Shown: piece after piece, positions 17,250 through 28,484 of the stretch
Numbering within the stretch: the stretch's first letter is position 1
How the letters are laid out: every line of letters starts with the position of its first letter
DNA from: Hyaloraphidium curvatum SAG 235-1
Lineage: Eukaryota > Fungi > Monoblepharomycota
NCBI GenBank assembly: GCA_025558095.1
Contig: JAIVFI010000001.1
Span: 682,001-746,000, forward strand
Reading direction: 5' to 3'
Length of the DNA: 64,000 nt
Notes under the pieces: model-generated
Told to the model about the DNA's origin: nothing
The model's input: only the letters and a program-made list of their open reading frames with translations
Databases searched by the model: none
Position numbers and translations under genes: made by a program

Positions 17250-18284
17250 ATGTCTTCTTCGGAGCGCCGGGGGCGCGCCGCCCTCGTCGCCGAGCTCGTC
17301 GCGCCCCACGCCGCGCGCTCCCTCGCGTCGATGCTCGCGCTGGACCGATTCGTCGCGTCCGCACGGCTCCCCGCGGACCTCGGCGGCATGTGGCGCGCCG
17401 CGGCCCGGCTCTGCCCCGCCAACATCGCCGACGCTCTGCCGGGCTACGTCGGCATCCCGCCGGGCGCGGAGGCGTTCGTGTCGGCGGCAGCGGGCGCCGA
17501 TTTCCGAGGGGGACGCACCGCGTTCGAGGGCTTCCTGCTCCGGGTGCGCGAGCGCCTCTTCCAGGCCAACCCCGGCTCGAACGCGACCGAAGGCGCCCTC
17601 GGCCTCCCACCCGAAACCGCGGACCTCATGGTTTCCATCCTCGGCTTCCACGAGTTCGACCGCTTCGTCTGGCACCGCGGCTGGGAAGCCAACCGCGACG
17701 CCGCACGCGTCGTCGACGCCGCGCTGCGCGTCCTCGCGGGGCAGGACCCCGTCCCGTTCCGCCGCGGGGAGCTGCTCGGCGCCACGGTGTGCGACCGGTG
17801 GGAGGCTCTGGCCCGGGAAGCTTCGCGGCGCGGGCTGGACCCGCCGGCGGCGCTGAAGGCGCTGAGCGAGCTGCACAGGGTTTCGGGGCACCAGGCCGGG
17901 CCGCTGCTCTTCACGCGGGCGACGCCGAAGGAGGACCTGGACTGGTTGATTGCCTACACACAGGACCGGCCGGGCTTCCACAAAGGGCCCGTCCACGAGC
18001 ACCGCTCGTTCAAGTTCGCCACCTACGCCTACATCAGATCCTTCGTCTCCGATCCCTCGGCCAAACTCGGCGGGCCGATCGTCTCGAGCCGGGGCTGGCA
18101 GCTGCGGCAGGCCCGGGACCAGGCGGAAGCGCTCGGGCTGGCGGCGTGCATCCTCGGCGAGGGCGAGGGCCGGGCGCAGTATATCGAGAAGCCGGAGGGG
18201 TATGTGGTGCCGGCGGTCGTGCCGGAGGAGCCACCAAAGGCGCGGAAGGAGAAGAAGCGCAAGGGGGACTCTGGGTCGGATTAG
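17250..18284 (+). CDS. Hypothetical protein with basic C-terminal NLS-like stretch
   Basis: 344-aa ORF, GC3-rich codons, KARKEKKRK near the end, A-rich 3' flank. Confidence 0.6.
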   Translation: MSSSERRGRAALVAELVAPHAARSLASMLALDRFVASARLPADLGGMWRAAARLCPANIADALPGYVGIPPGAEAFVSAAAGADFRGGRTAFEGFLLRVRERLFQANPGSNATEGALGLPPETADLMVSILGFHEFDRFVWHRGWEANRDAARVVDAALRVLAGQDPVPFRRGELLGATVCDRWEALAREASRRGLDPPAALKALSELHRVSGHQAGPLLFTRATPKEDLDWLIAYTQDRPGFHKGPVHEHRSFKFATYAYIRSFVSDPSAKLGGPIVSSRGWQLRQARDQAEALGLAACILGEGEGRAQYIEKPEGYVVPAVVPEEPPKARKEKKRKGDSGSD

Positions 18285-18419
18285 GCCCGCAGGCCGAGGA
18301 ATGTTCGGGTCGAGGCTACTCTCTTCCAATAAACAAAACGCAAACGCATCCCCGTACACAAAAAAACGAGCCATTCTTCTCCTTCCCTGACAGAGATGGC
18401 CATAGCTTCAACTGTCCAG

Positions 18420-20984
18420 CAGCTGGAATCGTGGTATAGTTCAGTGTGTCCGTTAGCCGTGTTTCGAGCCGAGTGATGTCTAGTCTACAGATGATCGGGG
18501 CATTGTCCATGAGGAAGCCGGGCAGGGCTAGACCGGCCCGTCTTGGAAGAGAATGCGGAGCAGCTCCAGGCGGGACACGACCATGAAGTCGGGCCACCGG
18601 CGCAGCGCTTCCGCCGCGACGGAGGGGAACGCGAGGTGGTACACGCGGTGCAGCTCCAGCGACGGGCAGGCCATGAGCACCTCGGCGACGCCGTCCCGGA
18701 CACGCCACTCGGCGATGGCGAGGAGCAGCTCGATCCTGTCGTCGTCGTCGAGGCACAGCGGGATCACCGAGCTGCAGAAAGCTTCCACGACGTCCGCATC
18801 GAAATGGTGCAGGTCCGCGACGAAGGAGCCGACCCGGAAGCGGAGGAGGCGGCGCATGTCGCGGTCCTGCATGAGGGAGGCGGCCGCGACCGCGCCGAGG
18901 ATGGCGAGGCAGCGGACGGACCGCCACTTGAGGGCGACCCCGATCTTGTCGGCGGTGAAGCGCTCGGGGATGTCGGGGCGCCGGGACTTGATGTAGTAGA
19001 GGAACTCGAGCGAGTCGGCCTTGACGCAGAAATCCTCGAGCATGTAGAAGAAGGACGGGTCGAGGTCGGGGTCGTCGAGGTGCCAGGAAAGGTTGTCGAT
19101 GTTGCCGCGGTGCGCGTCGTTCCAGATGGCGGCCGTCACGAGCAGGCGCTCGGCGGGACCAAAGTTGTACGTCGGGATGTCGTCCAAGAGGGCATAGGCG
19201 CGGGCTTCGTCAGTTTCCGGGGGCGGGAACTGCAGCGCCGTCAGCACGGCGTGCGTCATGAATGCCTGCTGGATGCGGTTAGCATAGCTCGGAACGGTCC
19301 GGGTAGGTCCTCACCGGAACGGTCTCTGCCGGGGGGCCTTGTACCACGGGCATTGCGGCCGGGTGTCAAAAGCAGCCGGAGATCCCGCCGCGACGCTGCG
19401 CCTTCGATGTGATGTGCGCTTCCGCGGGGGAGCTGAATGCACCGCCGAGGGACGCGTGGGGAAGCCGGTCCGCGGGCGCGGCAAAGCGGAAGGGCGAGCT
19501 CGAGGGGGGCCCGGTCCTGCGGGCCAAACTGCGGTCAGCCCCGCCCGCGACGCCCCCAATCGAGTAGCGCGCGCCGATCCGCACCGGAATGAGATCGCTG
19601 GGCGCGCCCGCGCGGCTGCCGGCGCGGGGGCGGCGTCGGTACCGGAGACCCGCGGTCCCGTCAGCGCCGGTCGGATCGCGCGCGGGCGGGGAGAACGGCC
19701 CGCGGATCGCCGAGGACGGCGTCGGTGAGTTGCAGGCAGCGCGGCGAGGTCGCTGGCGGGGGATTCCGGGGCGGGGTGCGGTCGGCTCCGGGGGGTGGGC
19801 CGGAGGCCTCTGTGCCTAAAGCTTGGTTCGCGCGCGTCCCACGCACGCTTAGCGGCCGAATAGCGAAAATGGTCGCGCCAAAAGCCCTGTACTCCTGGCA
19901 AACAGAGGCGGTCGGATCCCGAGAAACAAGTACGAAACCAAGATTCGATCGATGAGCATGAATCGGCGGGGTTTGGCCGCGCTTGCGATGCCGGGCACTC
20001 GGATACCGGCAAGACCGGCATCCCCGGCAGACGGAGACGTCCTAGCGCAGCGAAAAGAACAAAAATGGGAGCTTTCTTCGAACGATGCGCGCCGATACGG
20101 GGTGGGCCGTGCCGCATCGTCCGTGTGTGCGGTCCCTGGCCACCGAAGGCCCGGGCAACCGGCATCCCCGGCAACAAGGGGCATCCTTGCCCGACAAAAC
20201 CGCACGAAATTAAAGAACACTCGAATGATCAATGGAGGGCCAGAGGGGTTGCCGCAAAACATCGTCTGGGTCCGCGATATCCGCGATGCGGCGTCCGCCG
20301 CACTTCCCCATCGGGCGCCGTCCGATGCGCGCTGCAAAGCTATCCATGCCGTCCAGAGCCGAACAAGAAAAGGAATATCTCGTCGTCCGTGCAAGCGCGA
20401 GTCCGGGCTAGCGCCGGTCTGTGCGGAACAGGGCCGTATTCGAAAATCGCGGTGCCACGCTCGTACCAAGCTCGGGCCATCAAACGCCCGCTTCGAGCGT
20501 CCCACTTCGTTCGTCAAAAGAGCCCGATGAGTGTCAATCGAAACGCAGCTATGAGTTGATTGCCTCACCATCATCCTGCGGGATCATCTCCCTGTTTGCC
20601 TGCGCGCTCTCTGCGCGTTCGGGGCCCGAGAATCGCCTGGCCAGGGACCGCTCCAACGCCCGCCCGAATCCACCCCGGAACCACCCCGCGGTCGCCATCC
20701 TTCGCGCGGGCGAAGCATGAGCTGTAGAGTGCAGCCGAGGATGCCCGTTTCGGAACGCGATGCTGCCCGTCGACCGGTTGAGACCAGAGCCCAGCCAATG
20801 ACACAACTGTGAACTGCCCGGCGCCGGTTCCGCTTCCCGCGCAGAAAGCATCGGCAGCCCCCCGATCCGCCCCGAAAACCGCGGCCGGGGAGGCCATCCG
20901 CCGGGCCCCGTGGTCCCGGATCGGCACCCGTGCCGGCTGGTCGAGGCTCAGTTCGCAGGGGGAGGTCCCTACGGGTTGAGAGGC
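18420..20984 (-). repeat. Repeated module copy 1 (24-bp start motif + conserved non-coding DNA + family A gene)
   Basis: GCCTCTCAACCCGTAGGGACCTCC at 20961-20984 (minus). Blocks near 19490-19630, 20155-20175, 20385-20467 and 20810-20900 match the reverse complement of parts of 36766-38110. Confidence 0.75.
18528..19353 (-). CDS. Orphan helical (degenerate ankyrin-like) family 'A', copy 1
   Basis: Aligns with ORFs at 23567-24403 and 38645-39376 (TAAIxN, LD, xxRCLxxL, AFCxxxxxxC/F, DxxxxxLxL). Probable short first exon 19315-19353 plus GT-AG intron. Confidence 0.7.
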
Positions 20985-21028
20985 CCGCACTTTCTCAAAT
21001 CCAAGCGAAGCCAACCTCTGAGCTGTAT

Positions 21029-22709
21029 TCAGTAGCACACCGACTCCATCGTCAAGTAGATTCCGCTCCCTCTCGCCAGCCCCCACAGCGCGAACCCGAC
21101 CGTGAGCATCGTCGCCGCGACCGTCCTCACGGTGCCGTAGCCGACCGGGACGCCCCAGAACCGCATCTCGAGCCCGCGCACGTCCAAGAGGGAGGAAAGC
21201 ATGCGGTCGTGCCTGTCGAGCTCGGACGCGAGGGGGTTCGTGCGGTGCAGGAGCGCCATCCGGCGGAGGGTCTGGCGGGCGGTCATGTAGAGCGCGATTA
21301 CGGAGCGGATCTGCGAGTTTGAGGCGGCGATTGCCACGAAGTCGAGGAAGAAGGCGACGAAAACCCAGGCAGTGATAGGTACGAGCCATGCTGGGATGCA
21401 GAGCCCGCCGATCTTTAACGACGCCACGGCACCGGATTAGCCGAGGCAAATTCCTGGCACTCATAATCGCACCCACAAGGTTCAGAATAACGGCGATGGC
21501 TATTGCGGAGCACATCATGAAAAAGGAAGCCCGGTCTCCTGTGAACAGATGCGGAATCCTCCTCTCCCAGATCCTTGAGAGCAACAAGTGTAGCCGCACG
21601 TAAAGCTCTTCGGAGTTTCTTTCCCCATCCGTACGAGCTTTTCCCTCCTCTTCAGGCGCACGATCGGTGCTCCTGAGCTGGGAATCCAGGCGATCCAGTA
21701 GAGAATCAAGGGCGAGAGACATAGCCCTGAAATGAAGCTTCTCCGCCAGACCCATCGCCGGAAACGAGGCATTGAATCTGGCAGGTGTACCGGTCATGTA
21801 CGCGAAGGCATCCATCGCGTAGTAAAACGCGCCCAAGAGAGCCCACCACCAGGCAAACCAGAACGGACCAGCGAAGGTGACGGCGGCGGTGTACGGAAAC
21901 AGGCACATCCCGATCATGGGGAGCACCATGCGGGTGCATACCTCGGCGGCGCGAGACCACGCAGCACGCGCAGCTACGGCGCCCGAACACGATTGCAGGC
22001 CGCAAGGGCACATTTGATCCCCGTCTCGGTGGGCCACAAGCGCCGACGGGACGTGCCCGAGCTCGACCGCGTCCGCTCCAGCGGCGTCATCCGCGACGCC
22101 CGCACGACCTTGGAGGTCAAGGAGCTCCTTCCATCTGGCGATCGTAGCCAGGGGATGGGATCCGAGATCGGGATCTGCGGCGGCATGCGGTTGCGGGGTG
22201 GAGCGGTTGACTCCTAGCCGTGCGTTTCGTGACGATCCGAAGTAAGTGGCTTTGAACGTGGCCCGGATGAGGGCGAAGGTGAAACACAACAAGTACACGC
22301 AGCTTCCGGCGATGCCGCAGGCAACGGCGCGCGTTGAAAACCGGCCGTCGTTGAGGATCGCAGGCGCGGGGGTAATCGCAAAGGCGAGGCCGACAAAAGC
22401 CAAAAGCCGCAGGCCAGAACGCGCGCTGAGCGGCGACAGTAGCACCTGGATGTCGATCCACGCTGCAAGGTGCCCGCTGAGCGCGCCAATCTCGCGACGG
22501 AGGGCCCCCATGGTCAGTGGGCGCTCCGAACGCGCCAGGGCCGCCGGATCGGAGGGCGACATCAAAGGCCCCGAGCCGGGCGTGCGCCGCGGCGCAGCGA
22601 CCGCGGCGGGAAGGATGGCGAGCCATTCGTCGGGGGTGAAGTCCACGAGGTCTCCGGCGGGCATCTCAGGGGCTCCGGTCATGGCTCCGTGCGGCACACC
22701 GCCTTCCAT
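21029..22709 (-). CDS. Putative 7-TM receptor/ion-channel-like protein (GR/GRL/DUF3537-like), copy 1
   Basis: FTPDEWL, NDGRF, HRDGDQMCPCGLQSC, FWFAWW, EELYVRLH, phase-0 intron 21413-21476, ASNSQI, FWGVPVGYGTVRTVAATMLTVGFALW, MESVCY*. Confidence 0.8.
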
Positions 22710-22881
22710 GAGCAAGTTGCTTATTTGCGCGGTGGCGGAAAAAGAACAGGAAGATTCCTTCGGCCACGGAAGCGCGTGCGGTGGCTCGGCAAGGTCTGCG
22801 GTGAAACTGGCTGGCACCACGGAGAATTCCGAGTTCCTCCCCGTCGTGTTGGGCTCCAGTGCGTATACAAATCAAAGACCG

Positions 22882-23331
22882 CTACCGCCGCCTCGGCCGG
22901 GGCTTGCCCTCACGCAACGCCTGAAAAAGGATGTCATTGCCCATGGCCCGCGCTATTTGAATCCGTGCGCGAAGGCGAGCCGTGTACCGTGCCATCATCA
23001 AACCCCCCACGTCCCATTCCTTACCGTCTGATCCTTCCGGGGGGTGCGCGCGTCGGGCGATCCGTGGGATGAAGGCTGCTGCCGCGGGTCCGAGCCGACC
23101 GTGGGTCTCTTGGCCGAGATGAACATAGGCCACCGGAGCTGGGTCCGGGATCGCAAAGCGACCGTTGAAATATTCCACCTTCTTCGCCTCAGCGTTCGCG
23201 GCCGTCACCCCAGACTCGCGCGCCGCATCCAGAGACTGCGAAATAGACGGGAGGCACACCATGTGGTCAATGATGATCGGTCGCCGGCCCGGCTCGGTGA
23301 TCACGATGTCCGTCGCTGCTAACGCACTCAC
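22882..23331 (-). mobile_element. 3' remnant of an RLE-type non-LTR retrotransposon (CRE/R2-like restriction-like endonuclease domain)
   Basis: D..I.D..., AANAEAKKVEYF, ETHGRLGPAAAAF, RIQIARAMGN match the usual RLE C-terminus pattern (AE..K..KY / ET.G.LG / ..QRGN); no RT present. Confidence 0.7.
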
Positions 23332-23449
23332 GCGGTGTTGTTCGGCTGTGCAAGATTATCTCTTCCAATAATCACGACACAAGCCGCCTTTCTGTACAAG
23401 CGCGCCGTCTTCCCCTTCCGAACCAACATCGTCCATCACCAAGATAGCA

Positions 23450-26195
23450 TCAACCTTCCAACTCAGGCACCGTGGTGGTATAGCGATCAGAGTCCGTGAG
23501 CCGTCGCCAAACCGATTGATGTCCACTCCACAAATGGCGAGGCAAACCCGAGAGGCAGGCGCCAACCTAGCCCGGCCCGTTGTTGAGCATCGCATGCAGG
23601 ATCGCCATGCGGGCCTTGAGCACGGTGCCGAGCCCGGGGCTGCGCGCGGCCGCCGCGACCCTCTGGGGATAGCTCCGGAACACCTCCCGGAGCTTCAGCA
23701 CGGGCGACGCGAGCACGATCTCGCGGACGCCGGGCTCCACGTCCCTGTTGGCCAGCGCCAGCAGGACGCCGATGCGGTCGTCCACGGCGGGCCTGCAGTG
23801 CACCAGGATCGAGTCGCAAAAGGCGCGGGCGAAATCGGCGTCGTAATCGGGCAGGTTGGCGGCGAATGCGGAGATGCAGGAGCGGAGGGCGCAGCGCAAG
23901 TCAAGGCCCCGCTCCGTGGAGGCGATGGCGCTCAGGAGCTTGAGACACCGCGTCGAGCAGCGGTCCAAGGCGATGCCGATCATCTCGGGGGCGTAGATGC
24001 CCACTATCGTGGGGCGAACGAGCACAAAGCTGAACAGGCATTCGAGGGCATCGGCCTCCAGCAGGACGTCGAGCACCCTGCCGAGGACATTTTCGTCGAG
24101 GTCAGGGGCGGAGAGGAGGCCGGCATTGTGCTCCTCGCCGCCTCCTTCGTCGAAATCATTGTAGATAGCGGCCATGGTGAGGCCGGTCTCGGTGATGCCG
24201 ATGTCTTCGGCCTCGATGGCATTCATGCGGTCCTCGATCCACTGCTGTCCCCGCGTGGGCGCCGGGTACTGCAAAGCCGAGGCCAGGTCTTGCGTGTAGA
24301 AGGGCTGCGGCAGCGACGTCAGGGCCCGAGGCGCAGCAGCCGGCGCGCGGTCCCGAACCACGTAGTGCGCCGCCTGGTCGGCAGCCGCGTTGAGTGCGTC
24401 CATGGCGGGCGGGCTGCTGCCGCCGCCGGAGATTCCGCCGGGCCCCGCGTGGTCCGGGCCGGAGAAAGGAGAAGCGGGAAAGTCGTCGCACCACTGCAAA
24501 GGCGGTGAGCCCCGGCTGGGCGGCCCTTTCTGCGAATCGGGCTCGAACCAACCGGAACGAGGCGGCGCCGTGCGATTCCGCGGCGAAAGGGCGCGCGTGT
24601 CTGAGGTTTCCGGACCCGCGCCCGGTCAGGGCCGCCGGCGGCCGAGATACGGGGCGACGCGGCACGCCGCTTGCAATCCGTTACTCGGGGAAACACTCGA
24701 ATGCAATATAGCCGCGCGCTCGTGTCCGCCGCGAGCCGAGAACGTCGCTGAAATGCCGACCCAAAAGGGTGGGGCTGCCCCGGAGCGGCGGTGAGCCCCC
24801 GCCCCTCCGCCGGCGCGCAAAACACCCACCCGAATCCGACCCCGCGTCGCAGAGACGGTGCTGGGCTCCGAGCGGGGGTTCCGGGGGGCGCTGGGCCGGA
24901 ATCGCGGGGGAAACTTGCGCGCGCGGCGGAGGCGCGTCCGACGGCCTTCCGGCCCCTCCGGGGGCCCGAAACGCGCGGAAGGCTACCGATGCGCGCTCCG
25001 GCGGTGCCGAATGGCCCGGCGGAAGCCGATACGCGGCGGGGAACGCCGTCCGAATCCCCTATTTGCCCCGCTAGGCGCCGCGCGCTAGGCGCGGGCCAAA
25101 TAGGCCGTGGAAACGCGTGGAAAAAGGCATCCCCGCGCCCCCGGGGCAGCGGATGGAGCTTTCCCGCTCCCCGAGGCGTTAGCTCGGGTCATTGCGGCGG
25201 CGTTCCGGCCGCCGGGGGCGGGGCGGGCCGCACGGCGTTCGCGGGGCGTGCGCGCGGCAGAAGGGCGCCGCCCCGGCCCGCGCCGCGCGGCGCGCGTGCC
25301 CGGTAGACCCCATCGGCTGCACGGAAACGAAAGGCCGATGGAAGGAGGTCGAAGCGGGTGCGTGGCTCCACGCTGCTTCGCATGGATGGGCCGTTCAAGA
25401 TCGCTCTCAATCTGCTCTCAACTGGTGGCTGAAAACTTGGGCGGCTCTCAACGAGCTCTCAACTCGCCGGGCATCAGAGTTTCAGAGGAATCGGTCCGAT
25501 TTACTCCCTCGAAGCTTGGCAGATGCCGGCTTTAGTCCCTTGGCAACGGAGGAAGTTGGCCTTTCTCCGCGACGAATGCAAAAAGGCGCGAGTTTCCGAC
25601 CCACCGGCCGAATCCCGGGAGTACCTGCGGGAGGACGGACAACGAACACCGATGCTGCAAGCTGCAGCACACTTGAACCTATTGAAGTCCCGATCGCATC
25701 CTGCCGGCCACCGCGGCCTCAACCAAGCGGGTGACACCTCATACTGTCCCCAGAACCTTTCTGCGAGGCCCAATACGATTCTTTCCTTGCCGCTCCTTTC
25801 TGTGTGCTCTGAGAAAGTGCAAATGGAGCCCGGAGCTTGTCTGATTTTTCCGTCGCGAACCATGGGCCGAAGCAGCGGGACGGAACAGTTGTTGCGCTGC
25901 CCGGTGGGAAGTTCGACGCAACCGGGATCGACGTCCAAATGCCCTGGATGTTACCAAAGCTACGTATCGGCTCGAAGCATTGTAGATCCCGTTGTGCTCT
26001 TGCGACTAAAGTGTAGTGTGAATGGACCAAGACGCTCGTTCTGCGCGAGAGGTGATGGGCATCGGCAGTCCCCCGATCCGCCCCGAAAACCGCGGCCGGG
26101 GAGGCCATCCGCCGGGCCCCGTGGTCCCGGATCGGCACCCGTGCCGGCTGGTCGAGGCTCAGTTCGCAGGGGGAGGTCCCTACGGGTTGAGAGGC
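23450..26195 (-). repeat. Repeated module copy 2 (internally rearranged)
   Basis: Same 24-bp motif at 26172-26195; 26058-26240 nearly identical to 20848-21029; 24760-25105 resembles 37750-38105 (rc); downstream flank 23470-23540 resembles 18430-18500. Confidence 0.7.
23567..24403 (-). CDS. Orphan helical family 'A', copy 2
   Basis: LTMAAIYND, LDENVLGRVL, STRCLKLL, ARAFCDSIL, DDRIGVLLAL, SPVLKLR align with copies 1 and 3. Confidence 0.72.
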   Translation of the reverse strand: MDALNAAADQAAHYVVRDRAPAAAPRALTSLPQPFYTQDLASALQYPAPTRGQQWIEDRMNAIEAEDIGITETGLTMAAIYNDFDEGGGEEHNAGLLSAPDLDENVLGRVLDVLLEADALECLFSFVLVRPTIVGIYAPEMIGIALDRCSTRCLKLLSAIASTERGLDLRCALRSCISAFAANLPDYDADFARAFCDSILVHCRPAVDDRIGVLLALANRDVEPGVREIVLASPVLKLREVFRSYPQRVAAAARSPGLGTVLKARMAILHAMLNNGPG

Positions 26196-26239
26196 CCGCA
26201 CTTTCTCAAATCCAAGCGCAGCCAACCTCTGAGCTGTAT

Positions 26240-27918
26240 TCAGTAGCACACCGATTCCATCGTGAGGTAGATCCCGCTCCCCCTCGCCAGCCCCCACAGC
26301 GCAAACCCGACCGTGAGCATCGTCGCCGCCACCGTCCGCACGGTCCCGTAGCCGACCGGGACGCCCCAGAACCGCATCTCGAGCCCGCGCACGTCCAGGA
26401 GGGAGGAAAGCATGCGGTCGTGCCTGTCGATCTCGGACGCGAGGGGATGGGTGCGGTGCAGGAGCGCCATGCGGCGGAGGGCCTGGCGGGCTGTCACGTA
26501 GAGCGCGACGACGGAGCGGATCTGCGAGTTGGAGGCGGCGATCCCGATGAAGTCGATGAAAAAGATGGCGAGGAGCCATGAGACGTAGAGGACGAGCCAC
26601 ACGGGGATGCAGAGCCCGCCGATCTGCGGCGGACGCGCGGGCGGGGATCAGCCGGGGCCTGCCGGGGCTCGGCGATGACACTCACAAGGTTCAGGGCTGC
26701 GGCGATGGCTGCTGAAGCGCACAGCAGGAAAAAAGTGGTCCGGTCTCCCGTGAACAGGTACGGAATGCGCTTCTCCCAGATCCTCGAGAGCAGCAAGTGC
26801 AGCCGCACGTAAAGCTCTTCAGAGGCCGGTTCCTCGGCCATGGCCGGCTTCCTTTCCTCTGCAGACGCACGTTCGGTGCTCCTAAGCTGGCCGTCCAGGC
26901 GATCCAGCACGGAATCGAGAGCGAGCGACATCGCCCTGACGTGAAGCCTCTCGGCCAAACCCATCGCCGGGAAGGAGGCGATGAACCTGCCGGGTGCGCC
27001 GCCGAGGTACACCCACGCACAAATCGCGTAGAACAACGCGCCCAAAAGAGCCCACCACCATGCAGACCAGAACGAGCCTGCATAAGTGACCACGGCTGTA
27101 TAGGGTATGAGGGTCGCGGCAACCATCGAGGTCGCCCAGCGAAAGAAGAACTCGAAATCGCGGGACCATGCCGCACGTACGGCGACGGTACCGGAGCACG
27201 ATCGGAGGCCGCAGGGACACATGGGATCCCCCTCCCGATGGGCCACGAGCGCCGACGCGCCGTGCCCGAGCTCGATCGCGTCCGCGCAAACGTCCCCGTT
27301 TGCGGGCCCGCCGGGGCCCTGCAGGTCGAGAAGCTCTTTCCATCGGGCGATCGTGGCCAGGGCGTGGGATCCGAGGTCGGGATCGGGGGCGGCCGCGGAT
27401 GCCGGGGCTGCGCGGTCGGGTCCCTTTCGTGCGTCTTTCGACAATCGGAAGTAAGAGGACGAGTACGCCGCCCGAAAGAGGCCAACGGAAGCGAAAAGCC
27501 AGATTGCGCAGAATCCGGCGGTGCCGCAGGCCACGGCGCGCGCGGAGAACCGCCCGTCGTTGAGCACCGCGAGCGCGGGGCTGAGCGCGAGGCCGGCGGC
27601 GCTTTGAAGCACAGGACGCAGGCCAGGACGCGTGTTGAGCGGCGCCAGCAGCACCTGCAGGTCGATCCAAGCCGCGAGGTGTCCGCTGAGCGCGCCAATC
27701 TCGCGACGGAGGGCCCCCGTGGTCAGTGGGCGCTCCGAACGCGCCATAGCCGCGGGGTCCGCTGGCGACGTCAAGGGCCCCGAGCCGGGCGTGCGGCGCG
27801 GCGCGGCGACCGCGGCGGGAAGGATGGCGAGCCATTCGTCGGGCGTAAAGTCCACGAGGTCTCCGGCGAGCATCTCTGGCGCTCTGGTCGTGGCTCCGCG
27901 CGGCACACCGTCTTCCAT
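26240..27918 (-). CDS. Putative 7-TM receptor/ion-channel-like protein, copy 2
   Basis: Same motifs as copy 1; phase-0 intron 26624-26685; last exon almost identical to copies 1 and 3. Confidence 0.8.
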
Positions 27919-28484
27919 GGGCAAATCGCTTATTTGCACGACGGCGGAAAGAGAAGAGGAAGATTCCTTCGCCGCGGAAGCGCGGAAGCGCGTGCGGTCC
28001 GCGGCAAGTCCACAGTCTACGGTGAAGTCAACCTGGCTGGAGGAGAATTCCGGGTGCGAGGCTGCCAGTCGCGGGGTCGCGGGGTGCCTCATGTTTCTCA
28101 TCGCGCCACTTTTGCCTGCCGGCCCATCATATACGCTTCCTCAAGACCTTGATACCTCATCCTTGAACACATCGTGATATTGGCTAGCTTGCCTTATGCG
28201 GCACCGTCTTTTCGCTCGTCTCCATTCTCCCAAACTCTATCCATCAGAACCGAACGGATGCTCAGCTCTTTGTGACATGGTCCAGCAGCATCTGGATCTG
28301 GCGTCCTAGGGATTCGAGGCTGCTCGTTGGAAGCCGAACCCGCTCACGGTGCCGTGCCTGCTGTCTGCGGTCATGCCTTGGCCGGACTCGACCGTCGTCA
28401 CAATACCCAGCACACTCTCACTGGCTGCTTGTCGGCTCGAAGCATTAGAGATCCCCTTGAGTCCTTGTCTCTGGCGATCGAAAT

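Noticed and set aside
19311-20574. Long ORFs in the GC-rich module interiors (also 24500-25400 and 37000-38300)
   Set aside because: Arg/Pro/Ala-rich shadow frames; alignments between copies contain indels and no conserved frame.
20571-22820. 749-aa ORF as one protein
   Set aside because: It reads through the 21413-21476 intron into the wrong frame; the real C-terminus is the exon ending at 21029.
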